Source: Aminithiophilus ramosus (lineage in GTDB: Bacteria; Synergistota; Synergistia; Synergistales; Aminithiophilaceae). Taken from it: a DNA stretch of 32,000 nt. The notes beneath the pieces were generated by a model. That model did not search any database. It worked only from the letters and a program-made list of their open reading frames with translations, and was not told the DNA's origin. Below, piece after piece: positions 1 to 9,506 of the stretch; the first letter of the stretch is position 1; the number at the start of each line of letters is the position of its first letter. Where the stretch lies: positions 1,581,453 through 1,613,452 of the forward strand of contig NZ_CP072943.1 in assembly GCF_018069705.1 (NCBI RefSeq), read 5' to 3'. Made by a program: the position numbers and the translations under genes.

Positions 1-48
1 GCAACGACCGTCGCGAGGAATAGGGCTCCCTTCGGCGGTAGCGGTTCC

Positions 49-981
49 CTAGACATACCGTGAGAGGAGAGATTTCCAGCGCCGCAGGGGCTCCTGGGCA
101 GTCGGTCTGTAACGCTCCCAGGCTTCGAGGACCTTGCCGACATCGCGCCCCATTTGAGCGGCCAACTCTTCGGGACAACCGAAGCGCATCTCCTCGCGCA
201 GCCTCTTCAGGATAAAAACGGGAAGACTCTGTCCGTAAAGGTCTCCGTTGAAGCCGGGAAAGTGCACCTCGAAGCGAAGGGATCGTCGCCCCTCGAAGGT
301 GGGATTGAAGCCGACGTTCAGCGCTCCCGGCCTCCACTCCTCCCCGACGAGGGCCGCCGTCGCGTAGACGCCGCGCTCCGGGAAGATCTTCCCCTGCGGA
401 AGGGAAAGGTTCGCCGTCGGGAAGCCCAAGGTTCTGCCCCTGCGGTCGCCGGGAACGACGACACCGACGGCGAAAAAGGGGTAGCCGAGCAGTTCCGAAG
501 CGGCGACGACGTCGCCGCCGGCGATCTTCTGGCGCAGAAGAGTGCTGCTGACAGACTGGCCGTCGAGAACGAGCTGGGGTAGAACGGCCACACGCCAACG
601 GCGACGGCGACAGCTCTCGGTCAGCTGAACCACATCGCCTTTCCTCGACTGGCCGTAGCGGAAATCGTCGCCGACGACGAGGCCCGAGACATCGATGTTT
701 TTGGCCAGAAAGTCCATGAAAGCCTCAGGGGCCAGCTCTGCCAGCCATCGAGTGAAATCGATCTTGATCAGATTGGGAATTCGCAGAAAGCGGGCGATGA
801 GATCACGTTCGCTTTCGCTGAAGAGGGCGGGACGCGGCGAGGGGGAAAGGACCATCTGAGGATGGGGAGAAAAGGTCACGACGGCCCATCTTGCCTCGTC
901 TTCGGCAAGTGACGCGGCCTTTTCCAACAGTTTCTGATGGCCCCGATGAAACCCGTCGAAAGCTCCGAGGGTGAGGATCAA
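49..981 (-). CDS. ribF: Bifunctional riboflavin kinase / FAD synthetase
   Basis: In the frame of ORF 49..1155. It has the GAFDGFHRGHQ nucleotidyltransferase motif near the N-terminus and a riboflavin-kinase region (GFPTANL, ERGVYA). Start placed at TTG 981, with GGAGGA 6 nt upstream and 1 nt after the truB stop. The upstream 58 ORF codons overlap truB and look non-coding. Confidence 0.85.
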   Translation of the reverse strand: MILTLGAFDGFHRGHQKLLEKAASLAEDEARWAVVTFSPHPQMVLSPSPRPALFSESERDLIARFLRIPNLIKIDFTRWLAELAPEAFMDFLAKNIDVSGLVVGDDFRYGQSRKGDVVQLTESCRRRRWRVAVLPQLVLDGQSVSSTLLRQKIAGGDVVAASELLGYPFFAVGVVVPGDRRGRTLGFPTANLSLPQGKIFPERGVYATAALVGEEWRPGALNVGFNPTFEGRRSLRFEVHFPGFNGDLYGQSLPVFILKRLREEMRFGCPEELAAQMGRDVGKVLEAWERYRPTAQEPLRRWKSLLSRYV

Positions 982-982
982 C

Positions 983-1900
983 TTATTTCCTCCCAAGAAA
1001 GATGTTGGCTCGCGGCTGAAAATACCCTCTTTCTTTTTCGAGGGAGCCGAAGCTGAGGAGCGATTCCCCGCGGAAACAGAGAAAGCGCTCCGAAGGTACG
1101 ACGCCGTAATGAAGCCTTCGCCCCTCTGCGAGAGGCACCGCATTGCCGTGGGCAAGAGCCGCGGCGGTTCGTTCCTGGCAACGGTAGGTCGTGAAATGAG
1201 AACAGAGCCGATCGGGGGGCAGAAAGAAGGCGGCGAGTTGCTCCGCCGATAGGTCTCTCAGATGAGAGCCGCAGATGGCCTCGGCCTCGGAAAGATCGCC
1301 CAGGCCGATCCGACGCAAATCGACGACCGTCGCCCCACATCGAAGGCGATAGCCCAGATCGCGGACGAGGCTTCGCACGTAGGTTCCCTGGTGGCAATCG
1401 ACTTCGAGGTCGACGGTACCTTCCGGACGGAGGGGGGAAACCCGGCGAACGTCTCCGATCCAGATCGGCCTCGGTTCGATCTGAAAATCCTCGCCCTGGC
1501 GGGCCAACGCGTGAGCTCTTTTCCCCTGGACGTGGACGGCGGAAATGCGCGGAGGAGTCTGGAGTCGGTAACCGAGAAAGGGGAGAAGCTCTCTGTCGAA
1601 GGCCTCCTCGGAGACATGATCCCAGGGAAGGCGGGCGAGAACCGTTCCCTCTCCGTCACAGGTGTCGGTCTCGACGCCAAGCTGAATGCGGACGACGTAG
1701 CGTTTGGGAAGAGCCATGGCGTAGCCGCTGGCCCGAGTGAAAGGACCGACGAGCAGCAGAAGGAGTCCCGAAGCCGGTGAATCGAGCGTGCCGGCATGAC
1801 CGACGCGGGTTTTTTTGCCCAAAATGGACCGGACGATCGAGACGCAACTTGTGCTTCTCCGACCGCGATCCTTATCGATCAGGAGCAGGCCCTCATTCAT
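983..1900 (-). CDS. truB: tRNA pseudouridine(55) synthase TruB
   Basis: 305 aa. N-terminal LLIDKDRG..STS and the catalytic VGHAGTLDSPASGLL motif. Canonical position between the rbfA side of the cluster and ribF. Confidence 0.9.
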   Translation of the reverse strand: MNEGLLLIDKDRGRRSTSCVSIVRSILGKKTRVGHAGTLDSPASGLLLLLVGPFTRASGYAMALPKRYVVRIQLGVETDTCDGEGTVLARLPWDHVSEEAFDRELLPFLGYRLQTPPRISAVHVQGKRAHALARQGEDFQIEPRPIWIGDVRRVSPLRPEGTVDLEVDCHQGTYVRSLVRDLGYRLRCGATVVDLRRIGLGDLSEAEAICGSHLRDLSAEQLAAFFLPPDRLCSHFTTYRCQERTAAALAHGNAVPLAEGRRLHYGVVPSERFLCFRGESLLSFGSLEKERGYFQPRANIFLGRK

Positions 1901-2891
1901 AGAGGGCCTCTATCTCCCGGATCACGATCTGCCGGGCCTCCGACAAAGGCATCTCCAGGCGACAGCCGGCCGCCTGGCGGTGACCGCCTCCGGACCAGCG
2001 CCGAGCCAGGTCGCCCGCCGCGACGGGACCACAGGATCGAAGGCTGATTCGCGTCAGCTGAGGCTGTTCCGTGAGCAGAGCAGCGAAGGTAACCCCCTGA
2101 AGGGACATCAGTTCGTTGACGAGTCCTTCCGTTTCGTCGGCCGTCGCTCCCGTCTCGGAAAAATCGTCCAGGGCGACCCAGGAGATCAGAGCTTTTCCGT
2201 CAGCCACGGCAAGAGCGCGGGAAAAGACTCGTCCCCAGAGATGCAGGGCCGCGAGGGATCGGTTGTTGTAAATGAGACGACTGACCTCGTCGGGGCGGAG
2301 GCCCCTTTCTATCAGATCTGCCGCCATAAGATGGCTGAAGGGTGTCGTCGAAGAGAAGGAAAACCGACCGCAGTCGGTAACAAGACCTGTATAGAGGGCA
2401 AGGGCCTCCTCTTTTCCCAGCGGCCATCCCGACTGCAGGGCCAGATCCCAGATGAGCTCGGCCGTGCTCGATGCCTCGGGGTAGACGATGTTGACGTCGC
2501 CGAAGCGTTCGTTGTCGCGATGATGGTCGATGACCAGCAGGGGAAGACCGGAGGGGCGCTCTTCCATCGCGGAGATGGATCTGTCCCGATTGCTCGTGTC
2601 GAGACAAACGACAAGATCGACGGTCCGAAAAAGCTCGTGACCGTCGACGATGAGGCGGTAGCCATCGCTTTCCGGCAGGAAGCGGTAACCTGCCGGAAAG
2701 CGATCGGCGCCTCCCCAGAGAACTCTTTTCCCCAGTTTGCGGCCCAGGCCGGCGAGAGCGGCGCCGGAACCCAGGGCATCGCCGTCGGGTTTTTCGTGGA
2801 CGACGATGCCCCAACGCTCCGCTTCGGTCAGAAGGGCCTGTGCCTCTCCCCACTCAATGGGCAGACTCTTCGTCAACAGGCGTCCTCCCAT
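1893..2891 (-). CDS. nrnA: DHH/DHHA1 family phosphoesterase (NrnA-like oligoribonuclease / pAp phosphatase)
   Basis: Carries HEKPDGDALGS, LLVIDHH and C-terminal GGGHRQAAG motifs. Start is uncertain: ATG 2891 chosen, TTG 2876 (GGGAGGA 6 nt upstream) is an alternative, and ORF-track TTG 2945 would overlap rbfA by 92 nt. Confidence 0.8.
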   Translation of the reverse strand: MGGRLLTKSLPIEWGEAQALLTEAERWGIVVHEKPDGDALGSGAALAGLGRKLGKRVLWGGADRFPAGYRFLPESDGYRLIVDGHELFRTVDLVVCLDTSNRDRSISAMEERPSGLPLLVIDHHRDNERFGDVNIVYPEASSTAELIWDLALQSGWPLGKEEALALYTGLVTDCGRFSFSSTTPFSHLMAADLIERGLRPDEVSRLIYNNRSLAALHLWGRVFSRALAVADGKALISWVALDDFSETGATADETEGLVNELMSLQGVTFAALLTEQPQLTRISLRSCGPVAAGDLARRWSGGGHRQAAGCRLEMPLSEARQIVIREIEALYE

Positions 2892-3228
2892 CTTTATGAA
2901 TGGAATCGAGAAGACAATCCATCTTGCGGGCCTTTTCCTCTGCAAAATCCACGAGAAAATGCAACTCGGGGATGACCCTCAGACGCAAGACCTTGCCGAG
3001 ATGGCTCCGAATCTGCCCGGCGACGTTAGTCAAAGCGCCCTGGACGATCGTTCTTCTTTCGGGATCAAGCGTGATGAAATAGATTTTCGCGTGGCCCAGG
3101 TCTTTGGAACAAGTGACTTCGGTGAGGATGGCCTCCCGAGCCGTTTCATTCTTGATATCCTTATGCAGAAGGTCATTGATGACGCGAAGAAGCTCTTTGT
3201 TGATTCTTTCAATCCGAAAAGTCGCCAT
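2854..3228 (-). CDS. rbfA: Ribosome-binding factor A
   Basis: Reads MATFRIERINKELLRVINDLL...AKIYFITL...LRVIPELHF, typical RbfA. ATG 3228 has GGGAGG 9 nt upstream. The upstream part of ORF 2854..3402 is rejected. Confidence 0.9.
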   Translation of the reverse strand: MATFRIERINKELLRVINDLLHKDIKNETAREAILTEVTCSKDLGHAKIYFITLDPERRTIVQGALTNVAGQIRSHLGKVLRLRVIPELHFLVDFAEEKARKMDCLLDSIHKDGRTPVDEESAH

Positions 3229-3535
3229 AGACTTCGACCTCCCGTCTGCTTTCCCGGATTTCGAAAAAAGCCTGTTCTTCCAGACGACAGATCTGTCGTT
3301 CCAGTGAATCAATGAACCGCGACGCCGATTCGATCGAAGATCCGGCAACGGCAAAGAGGAGGCAGGCCTCGGTGTGGCTCCCGAGCGGCCCCACATCGGC
3401 AACGGAAACGTTCTGCCTCCGCGTCTTATCGATGAGGGAGCGGACGATGCGGCGCCTGTCTTTCAGGCTCGTCGCCTGAGGGAGAAAAATCCGCAGCCAG
3501 AAGACGCCCAGGGAGGGGACAAGCCGTCGGTTCAC
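3209..3535 (-). CDS. DUF503 family protein (YlxP-like)
   Basis: 108 aa with GTG start. The LRIFLPQATSLKDRRRIVRSLIDKTRRQNVSVADVG pattern matches DUF503. It sits in the conserved slot between infB and rbfA. Confidence 0.75.
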   Translation of the reverse strand: MNRRLVPSLGVFWLRIFLPQATSLKDRRRIVRSLIDKTRRQNVSVADVGPLGSHTEACLLFAVAGSSIESASRFIDSLERQICRLEEQAFFEIRESRREVEVYGDFSD

Positions 3536-3541
3536 AGACGT

Positions 3542-5503
3542 TTAGAGGCTCCGTTTTTCCTCGATGATCTCGAAAACTTCCACGATGTCGTTTTCGCTGA
3601 AGTCTTGGAAGTTGGTGAAGCTCATGCCACATTCGTAGCCTGCGGCGACTTCACGAACATCGTCTTTGAACCGTTTGAGGCTGGAGAGAGAGCCCTCCCA
3701 GTAGACGATGCCGTCACGAACGAGACGAACTTTCGCGTTTCGTCTGACGATCCCGTCAAGAACGTAGCAACCGGCGATTTTGCCCGCTTTGGGAACTTTG
3801 AAGGCAGCCCGTATCTCGACTTGGCCGATGACCTTTTCTCTCAGGGTCGGAGCCAGCATGCCCTCGAGGGCGGCCCGGACATCGTCGATGATGTCGTAAA
3901 TGACACGGTAGAGGCGTATCTGGACGCCCTGGCTGTCGGAGATCTTTTTTGCATTGGCGTCGGGGCGAACGTCAAATCCGATGATGATGGCATTGGAGGC
4001 GGCGGCCAGCATGACATCCGACTCGGAGATCCGGCCGACTCCGACATGGACGATACTGATTCCCACTTCGTCGGTGGCCAGCTTCTCGAGGGAGGCCCTG
4101 ATGGCCTCGGCCGTCCCCTGAACGTCGCACTTGAGGACGACGTTCAGCTGCGGCACCTCTCCCTGCTGCATCTGACTGTAGAGCTCCTCAAGTGTCATTC
4201 TCTTGACGCGGTTTTCCTGTTCCCGGCGGCGTCTCAGCTCTTCGATGTCGGCGATATGGCCTCGTGCCTCGCGCTCGCTTCCGACGCGATGGAAACGCTC
4301 GCCGGGCTGCGGGACGTCGGAAAGGCCCAGGAGTTCGACGGGCATGCTGGGACCGGCCTCGTCGACGTAGTTGCCGGAGGCGTCGATCATGGCCCGGATA
4401 CGGCCCGTCGTCGTATCGGTAAGGACAATGTCGCCTCGATGAAGCGTGCCCTGGCGGACGATGACGGTGGCGACGGGACCCTTCCCCTTGTCCAGTTCGG
4501 CCTCGACGACGACGCCTTCGGGCTCGACGGCGGGGTCGGCCCGAAGCTCCAACATTTCCGCCAGGATAAGGATCATTTCCAGGAGATTATCGATGCCGAT
4601 ACCCTGCTTTGCCGAGATTTCGACGACGATCGTGTCGCCGCCCCATTCCTCGGGGACCAGGCCCTGGTCGGAGAGCTGCTGACGGATCTTATCGGGATTG
4701 GCTCCGGCCTTATCGATTTTATTGAGGGCGACGATGATGGGAACCCCTGCCGCCTTGGCGTGATTGAGGGCCTCGATCGTCTGGGGCATGACACCGTCAT
4801 CGGCGGCGACGACGAGGATGGCGATATCCGTGACCTGGGCGCCCCTCGCCCTCATGGAGGTGAAGGCGGCGTGTCCCGGCGTGTCGAGAAAAACGATGCG
4901 CTTGGCGTTGTAGGACACGACGGAGGCACCGATATGCTGGGTAATGCCTCCGGCTTCGCGGTCGGCGACGCGGGTGTGACGGATGTGGTCGAGGAGTGTC
5001 GTCTTGCCGTGATCGACGTGTCCCATGACCGTCACGATGGGCGGACGCTCGACGAGGTTGTCTCCTTTGGGCTGAGGGCGAGAGTTCTTCTCGGCAAGTG
5101 GCTGTTCATCGGAGGCGGCGACGAGTTTCTTGCCGAAGGCGACACCCAAGGCCTCCAGGACGGCCGAATCGGCCGGAGCCCCTGCGGGCACCATCATTCC
5201 GGCCTCGACGAGGCGTTTGACGACGTCACCGGCAGGCACGCAGAGCACTTTGGCCACATCACCGACGGACGAGCCAGAGGGAACGGTGAGGCAGACCATG
5301 GCACCGTCCTCCTCTGCAGGAGGGGTGACCTCTTTTTTGGGCGATTTGATCGTATCTTCCACGAGCTGAGCGGTTTCCGTGTCTATGGAGCTCATGTGGG
5401 TTTTGACGTCAACTTTAAGCGATTCGAGGATCTCCATCAACTCCTTGTTCGACATGTCCAGCATTTTGGCAAGTTCATAAACGCGAATTTTACTCAATGG
5501 CAT
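3542..5503 (-). CDS. infB: Translation initiation factor IF-2
   Basis: G-domain motifs [17 protein letters not shown] and NKID, plus a conserved C-terminal region. Start placed at [13 protein letters not shown] (ATG 5503, GAGGGGG upstream). The first 33 ORF codons are rejected. Confidence 0.95.
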   Translation of the reverse strand: MPLSKIRVYELAKMLDMSNKELMEILESLKVDVKTHMSSIDTETAQLVEDTIKSPKKEVTPPAEEDGAMVCLTVPSGSSVGDVAKVLCVPAGDVVKRLVEAGMMVPAGAPADSAVLEALGVAFGKKLVAASDEQPLAEKNSRPQPKGDNLVERPPIVTVMGHVDHGKTTLLDHIRHTRVADREAGGITQHIGASVVSYNAKRIVFLDTPGHAAFTSMRARGAQVTDIAILVVAADDGVMPQTIEALNHAKAAGVPIIVALNKIDKAGANPDKIRQQLSDQGLVPEEWGGDTIVVEISAKQGIGIDNLLEMILILAEMLELRADPAVEPEGVVVEAELDKGKGPVATVIVRQGTLHRGDIVLTDTTTGRIRAMIDASGNYVDEAGPSMPVELLGLSDVPQPGERFHRVGSEREARGHIADIEELRRRREQENRVKRMTLEELYSQMQQGEVPQLNVVLKCDVQGTAEAIRASLEKLATDEVGISIVHVGVGRISESDVMLAAASNAIIIGFDVRPDANAKKISDSQGVQIRLYRVIYDIIDDVRAALEGMLAPTLREKVIGQVEIRAAFKVPKAGKIAGCYVLDGIVRRNAKVRLVRDGIVYWEGSLSSLKRFKDDVREVAAGYECGMSFTNFQDFSENDIVEVFEIIEEKRSL

Positions 5504-5843
5504 CGACCCCCTCGTCAAGCAGCGACTCCAGGCGGCGCGCCAGGCCATGTTCTCTGGGCAGACCCAGGACCTGAGCCGGAGGAAATCCCCCCGCCGCGGC
5601 AATATCCGTTACGTTCAGTCCCTTGAGGACATAGGATTTACACATACCTCGCTCCTCATAACCACGAAAGAGGCGACGGACGTTCTCCCGGACATCGCCG
5701 GGAAAGATGAGGAGAAAGGGGGAGCCCTTCCTCAGGCTCCGTCGCATCTGATCTTGGCCAATGACGAGAAGCCGCGCCCGCCGCGCCAACCCAAGAAGAG
5801 CCAAGGCCTCCCGGATCGTCCCGGAGATCTCCGGCTCGCTCAA
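5490..5843 (-). CDS. L7Ae-family RNA-binding protein (YlxQ-like)
   Basis: The C-terminal 117 aa of ORF 5490..6143 resemble YlxQ/L7Ae (LLGLARRARLLVIGQDQ...). TTG start at 5843 forms a TTGA overlap with the ylxR stop. Conserved position between ylxR and infB. Confidence 0.7.
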   Translation of the reverse strand: MSEPEISGTIREALALLGLARRARLLVIGQDQMRRSLRKGSPFLLIFPGDVRENVRRLFRGYEERGMCKSYVLKGLNVTDIAAAGGFPPAQVLGLPREHGLARRLESLLDEGVDAIE

Positions 5844-6133
5844 GAGGGGTCCTCTTCCGGGCAGAGGGCGAGAAGTTCCTCGTAAAGTTCGGGGGATAAG
5901 GACACGCGAAGGGTTCGGGCTAAGGCGTTTCTCTTGCGTGCCGACTCGACGCAGCTCCTCTTCCGGCAGAGATAGGCTCCGCGACCAGGCGCTCGGCCGG
6001 ACGTGTCGATTGCCACTCCCCCCGCGGAATCGCGGGCAACACGGAACATCTCCCTCTTGGGGTTTTCCTCGCCACAGCCGACACAGGTTCTGGGACGGCT
6101 GCGTTTGTCCCGCGTCTTTAGGGCTTCTGCCAT
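5840..6133 (-). CDS. ylxR: YlxR/RnpM family (DUF448) RNA-binding protein
   Basis: 97 aa with RTCVGCGEENPKREMFRV...GRGAYLC, the hallmark of DUF448. Lies immediately downstream of nusA. Confidence 0.8.
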   Translation of the reverse strand: MAEALKTRDKRSRPRTCVGCGEENPKREMFRVARDSAGGVAIDTSGRAPGRGAYLCRKRSCVESARKRNALARTLRVSLSPELYEELLALCPEEDPS

Positions 6134-7239
6134 AGCTCCTCATCGCTTCCCTTGACTATTATATCTTCAAAGAGATCCTGCAATGTCGGAAGACGTTCCG
6201 GTTCGATCACCTTGATATCGATCTTCCATCCCGTAAGGCGTGCGCCGAGGCGCACATTCTGGCCGGCTTTGCCGATGGCCAGGGAGAGCTGATCGGGACG
6301 CACGTAGGCTCGTACCGACCGTTCCTGCTCGAGGATGGGTTCTACGCGCATGACCTTGGCCGGAGAAAGAGCGTTGCGGATATAGGCGAGGCTATCTCCG
6401 TTCCAGAGAATGATATCGATACGTTCGCCGCCCAGCTCATCACTGACGGAACGGATACGCGTGCCGTTGTTGCCCACACAGGCCCCTATGGGGTCGACGT
6501 TGGCGTCGAGGGAAGCGACCGCCACCTTGGCCCTCGCTCCAGCCTCGCGGACAATGCCTCGGATCTCCACGGTCCCCTCCTGGATTTCGGGAACCTCCAT
6601 CTCCAGCAGACGGCGCAGAAGGCCGGGATGGGTCCTGGAGACGACGATACGGGGCCCGCGCGTCGTGCGACGAACATCGAGAAGATAGAACTTCATCCTC
6701 GTACCCATTTCATATTTTTCGCCGACGATACGCTCCTCCCTGGGCAGGATAGCCTCGGTCCTGTCGTTTAAGCGAACAAGAGCCTGATCACCCTCGGACT
6801 TGAAAATGACGCCGTTGACGAGATCGCCGATGCGGTCGGAGAATTCCTCGAAGATGATCTGGCGCTCGGCGTCCTTCAGTCTCTGAATGATGACCTGGCG
6901 GGCCGTCTGAGCCGCGATGCGCCCGAAATCTTCGGGCTGAACTTCCATACGAAGCAGGTCGCCCGAGACAAGCCCCTCGTAACCGAGTTCGGCAGCCTCA
7001 AGAGGTGTGATTTCCGTATCCTCGGAGGAGACGTCATCGACGACCTGACGGACCTCGTAGATCGTAATCTCGCCCATATCCTTATCGAGAAGAACCTCGA
7101 CGTTCTGGTTGCCGCCTTTGTGCTTTCTGTAGGCGGAAACCAGCGCCGCCTCCAGACTGGCAATGATAACCTCCGATGAGAGCCCCTTGTCCTGTTCGAT
7201 CTGGATCAGGGCGCGGGCAAAATCACGGCCGAGCTGCAT
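6118..7239 (-). CDS. nusA: Transcription termination/antitermination factor NusA
   Basis: 373 aa with N-terminal domain, S1 and two KH regions (PIGACVGNNGTRI, AIGKAGQNVRLGARLTGWKIDI). GGGAGG Shine-Dalgarno lies 9 nt before the ATG. Confidence 0.95.
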   Translation of the reverse strand: MQLGRDFARALIQIEQDKGLSSEVIIASLEAALVSAYRKHKGGNQNVEVLLDKDMGEITIYEVRQVVDDVSSEDTEITPLEAAELGYEGLVSGDLLRMEVQPEDFGRIAAQTARQVIIQRLKDAERQIIFEEFSDRIGDLVNGVIFKSEGDQALVRLNDRTEAILPREERIVGEKYEMGTRMKFYLLDVRRTTRGPRIVVSRTHPGLLRRLLEMEVPEIQEGTVEIRGIVREAGARAKVAVASLDANVDPIGACVGNNGTRIRSVSDELGGERIDIILWNGDSLAYIRNALSPAKVMRVEPILEQERSVRAYVRPDQLSLAIGKAGQNVRLGARLTGWKIDIKVIEPERLPTLQDLFEDIIVKGSDEELWQKP

Positions 7240-7254
7240 ATCCCGATTCCTCCC

Positions 7255-7728
7255 TTAACCTTTTCTCCCCTTTTGACCTTTGGGCGCCTCGTCGAAGACG
7301 AGGTGGGCCTTTACGATGATCTCAAAAGGAACGGCAATCTCGGTTCCCTCTTCGAGGAGGAGGCGAATCCCCTCATCGGAAAGGCCCTCGAGACGAGCCG
7401 TCATCTGCTTTTTCCCCTCTATTTTTTTCGACAGCTTGAGGCGAGCCTTCCGTCCGGCAAAACGCCGATAATCTTCTCGTCGAAAAAGAGGCCTCTCCAG
7501 GCCGGGCGAGCTGACTTCCAGTGTATAGCGCGTCGGGAAAATATCTTCGTGGGTATCAAGGTATTCGCTGAGATGTCGAGAAACGCGGGTACAATCATCA
7601 ACGCCAATGCCTCCGAGGCTGTCGATGTAAACCCGAAGCACGGGGAGACCCGATTCCTTGACAACCTCGACGCCGACCGGCTCATAGCCGAGGTCCTCGA
7701 CAAGAGAAGCCAATGTCTCCTGAAACAC
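7255..7728 (-). CDS. rimP: Ribosome maturation factor RimP
   Basis: Contains LGYEPVGVEV...LRVYID...VSSPGLERPL. Start placed at GTG 7728 with AGGAGG 8 nt upstream. The ORF-track extension to 7869 runs through a terminator and a promoter and is rejected. Confidence 0.85.
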   Translation of the reverse strand: MFQETLASLVEDLGYEPVGVEVVKESGLPVLRVYIDSLGGIGVDDCTRVSRHLSEYLDTHEDIFPTRYTLEVSSPGLERPLFRREDYRRFAGRKARLKLSKKIEGKKQMTARLEGLSDEGIRLLLEEGTEIAVPFEIIVKAHLVFDEAPKGQKGRKG

Positions 7729-7766
7729 GGACGTCACCTCCTGTTTCCGCAAGGCGATGGAGCGAT

Positions 7767-7799
7767 AAAAAACGAAGAGTGGGCGGAGCCCACTCTTCG
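7767..7799 (-). terminator. Intrinsic terminator in the rimP-nusA leader; also terminates guaB
   Basis: Minus strand reads CGAAGAGTGGGC-TCC-GCCCACTCTTCG followed by TTTTTTA. Perfect 11-12 bp GC-rich stem with a 6-U tract. Confidence 0.7.
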
Positions 7800-7834
7800 A
7801 AGCGCGCAAACGGACACGCCACCGAACACAGCAC

Positions 7835-7863
7835 ATTATAGCACCCAGAGGAGCCGTTCTCAA
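7835..7863 (-). promoter_or_regulatory. Sigma-70-type promoter upstream of the rimP-nusA leader
   Basis: Minus strand has TTGAGA (7863..7858), a 17-nt spacer and TATAAT (7840..7835). Consensus -10 with a 4/6 match at -35. Confidence 0.5.
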
Positions 7864-7893
7864 GGGCACGATCCCCCCTGTAAAAAGGGATGA

Positions 7894-9369
7894 TCACTCG
7901 GCCGAATAGTTGGGCGCTTCCTTCGTCACGACCACATCGTGGGGATGGCTTTCCTTGACGGAGGCACTGGTGATTTTGACGAAACGACCTTTTTCGTGCA
8001 GGTCTGCCACGTCGGCGGCACCGACATATCCCATGCCGGCCCGGAGTCCTCCGACGAGCTGATAGACGACGGCCGTGAGGGGGCCTTTATAGGGAACCAT
8101 TCCTTCGATTCCTTCCGGGACCAATTTATCCTCCGACGTGTTCTCCTGGAAGTAGCGATCCTTGCTGCAGCCGCCCTTCATGGCACCCAACGATCCCATG
8201 CCTCTGTACGTCTTGAAGGAGCGCCCTCTATGAATGACCGTTTCACCCGGGCTTTCCTCCGTCCCCGCGAAAAGGGATCCGATCATCACCGTGTCCGCTC
8301 CGGCGGCAAGAGCCTTCGTGACGTCTCCGGAAAAACGGATTCCTCCGTCGGCAATGACCTTCTTGCCCCTTCCGTGGGCGACGCGGGCCACGTTGTAGAC
8401 GGCGGCCAACTGAGGAACTCCGATACCGGCGATAATACGCGTCGTGCAGATCGAACCGGGACCGACGCCGACCTTGACGCCGTCGGCTCCGGCCTCGATA
8501 AGAGCCTCGGCGGCATCGCCCGTGGCGATGTTGCCTCCGACGAGGGGAAGGTCGGGAAAGAGTCTGCGCAGGCTGCGCACGGTTTCGATGACGGCCCTGG
8601 CATGGCCGTGAGCCGTATCGACGACGAGGGCGTCGACTCCTGAGGTGACGAGGATCTTGGCTCGGTCCACGACATCGGCACCGACGCCGACGGCAGCTCC
8701 GACGCGCAGGCGGCCGTGGCTGTCCTTGTTGGCCTGAGGAAAATCTTTGACTTTCTGAAGGTCCTTGATGGTAATGAGCCCCTTCAGCTTTCCCTGACCG
8801 TCGACGATGGGGAGCTTCTCCACCTTGTGGACCATGAGGATGGACTTGGCCCCCTCCAGCGTCGTTCCCTCGGGAGCCGTGATCAGGTTCTCCTTGGTCA
8901 TGATATTGTCGATGGGCTGCTCGAAATCGGTGACGAATCGAAGGTCTCTGTTGGTGATGATGCCGACGAGGATCTTCTTTTCGTCGACGATGGGGACACC
9001 CGAGATGTGATAGTGTTCCATGAGGGCAAGGGCGGCCGTCACGGGATCGTTGGGGTTCAGGTAAAAGGGATCGACGATGACGCCCGATTCGGACCTCTTG
9101 ACCTTATCGATTTCCGCCGCCTGCTGTTCCGGTGTCTGGTTGCGGTGGACAAAGCCGATGCCGCCCTCTCGGGCAATGGCGATGGCCAACCGCCCCGTCG
9201 TGACCGTATCCATGGCGGCGCTGCAGATGGGAATATTCATGGGGATCTGGGACGTCAGGTAAGAGCCGACCTCGACGGTGGCGGGCAGGACTTCGCTGTA
9301 TCCCGGCACGAGAAGGACATCGTCGAAGGTGTATCCTTCGTAGGCGACAAATTTTTCCTCGAAACTCAT
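7894..9369 (-). CDS. guaB: IMP dehydrogenase
   Basis: Full-length IMPDH with a CBS pair and catalytic [11 protein letters not shown] loop. Start placed at MSFEEKF (ATG 9369, AAGGAGG upstream). Confidence 0.95.
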   Translation of the reverse strand: MSFEEKFVAYEGYTFDDVLLVPGYSEVLPATVEVGSYLTSQIPMNIPICSAAMDTVTTGRLAIAIAREGGIGFVHRNQTPEQQAAEIDKVKRSESGVIVDPFYLNPNDPVTAALALMEHYHISGVPIVDEKKILVGIITNRDLRFVTDFEQPIDNIMTKENLITAPEGTTLEGAKSILMVHKVEKLPIVDGQGKLKGLITIKDLQKVKDFPQANKDSHGRLRVGAAVGVGADVVDRAKILVTSGVDALVVDTAHGHARAVIETVRSLRRLFPDLPLVGGNIATGDAAEALIEAGADGVKVGVGPGSICTTRIIAGIGVPQLAAVYNVARVAHGRGKKVIADGGIRFSGDVTKALAAGADTVMIGSLFAGTEESPGETVIHRGRSFKTYRGMGSLGAMKGGCSKDRYFQENTSEDKLVPEGIEGMVPYKGPLTAVVYQLVGGLRAGMGYVGAADVADLHEKGRFVKITSASVKESHPHDVVVTKEAPNYSAE

Positions 9370-9462
9370 GAGAACCTCCTTGGGCAAAGCTGCCAACGCC
9401 ATGTCCCTTCAGGGGGGACAGAGGAAGAGAGAGAAGAACCCCTCTCGCATAAATTGGGAGGT

Positions 9463-9491
9463 AGTTTACTCCCTGGCCCTCATCCCTGCAA
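9463..9491 (-). promoter_or_regulatory. Possible guaB promoter
   Basis: Minus strand has TTGCAG, a 17-nt spacer and TAAACT. This is a motif match only. Confidence 0.25.
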
Positions 9492-9506
9492 GGGGCATTT
9501 CCACGC

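Noticed and set aside
3374-5626. 750-aa plus-strand ORF
   Set aside because: It is exactly antisense to infB, whose product is unmistakably conserved. The translation is low-complexity (rich in G/D/A/V/R) with no motifs. It is a typical shadow ORF of a GC-rich gene.
7729-7869. N-terminal 47 codons of the 204-aa rimP ORF
   Set aside because: This segment contains a consensus promoter and a perfect terminator hairpin. AGGAGG lies 8 nt before GTG 7728, giving a normal ~157-aa RimP.
9411-9445. Polypurine/polypyrimidine tract in the guaB leader (minus strand TTCTTCTCTCTCTTCCTCTGTCCCCCCT)
   Set aside because: This is low-complexity sequence with no purine-riboswitch core or other known element recognisable. 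It is noted only as a possible structural oddity.
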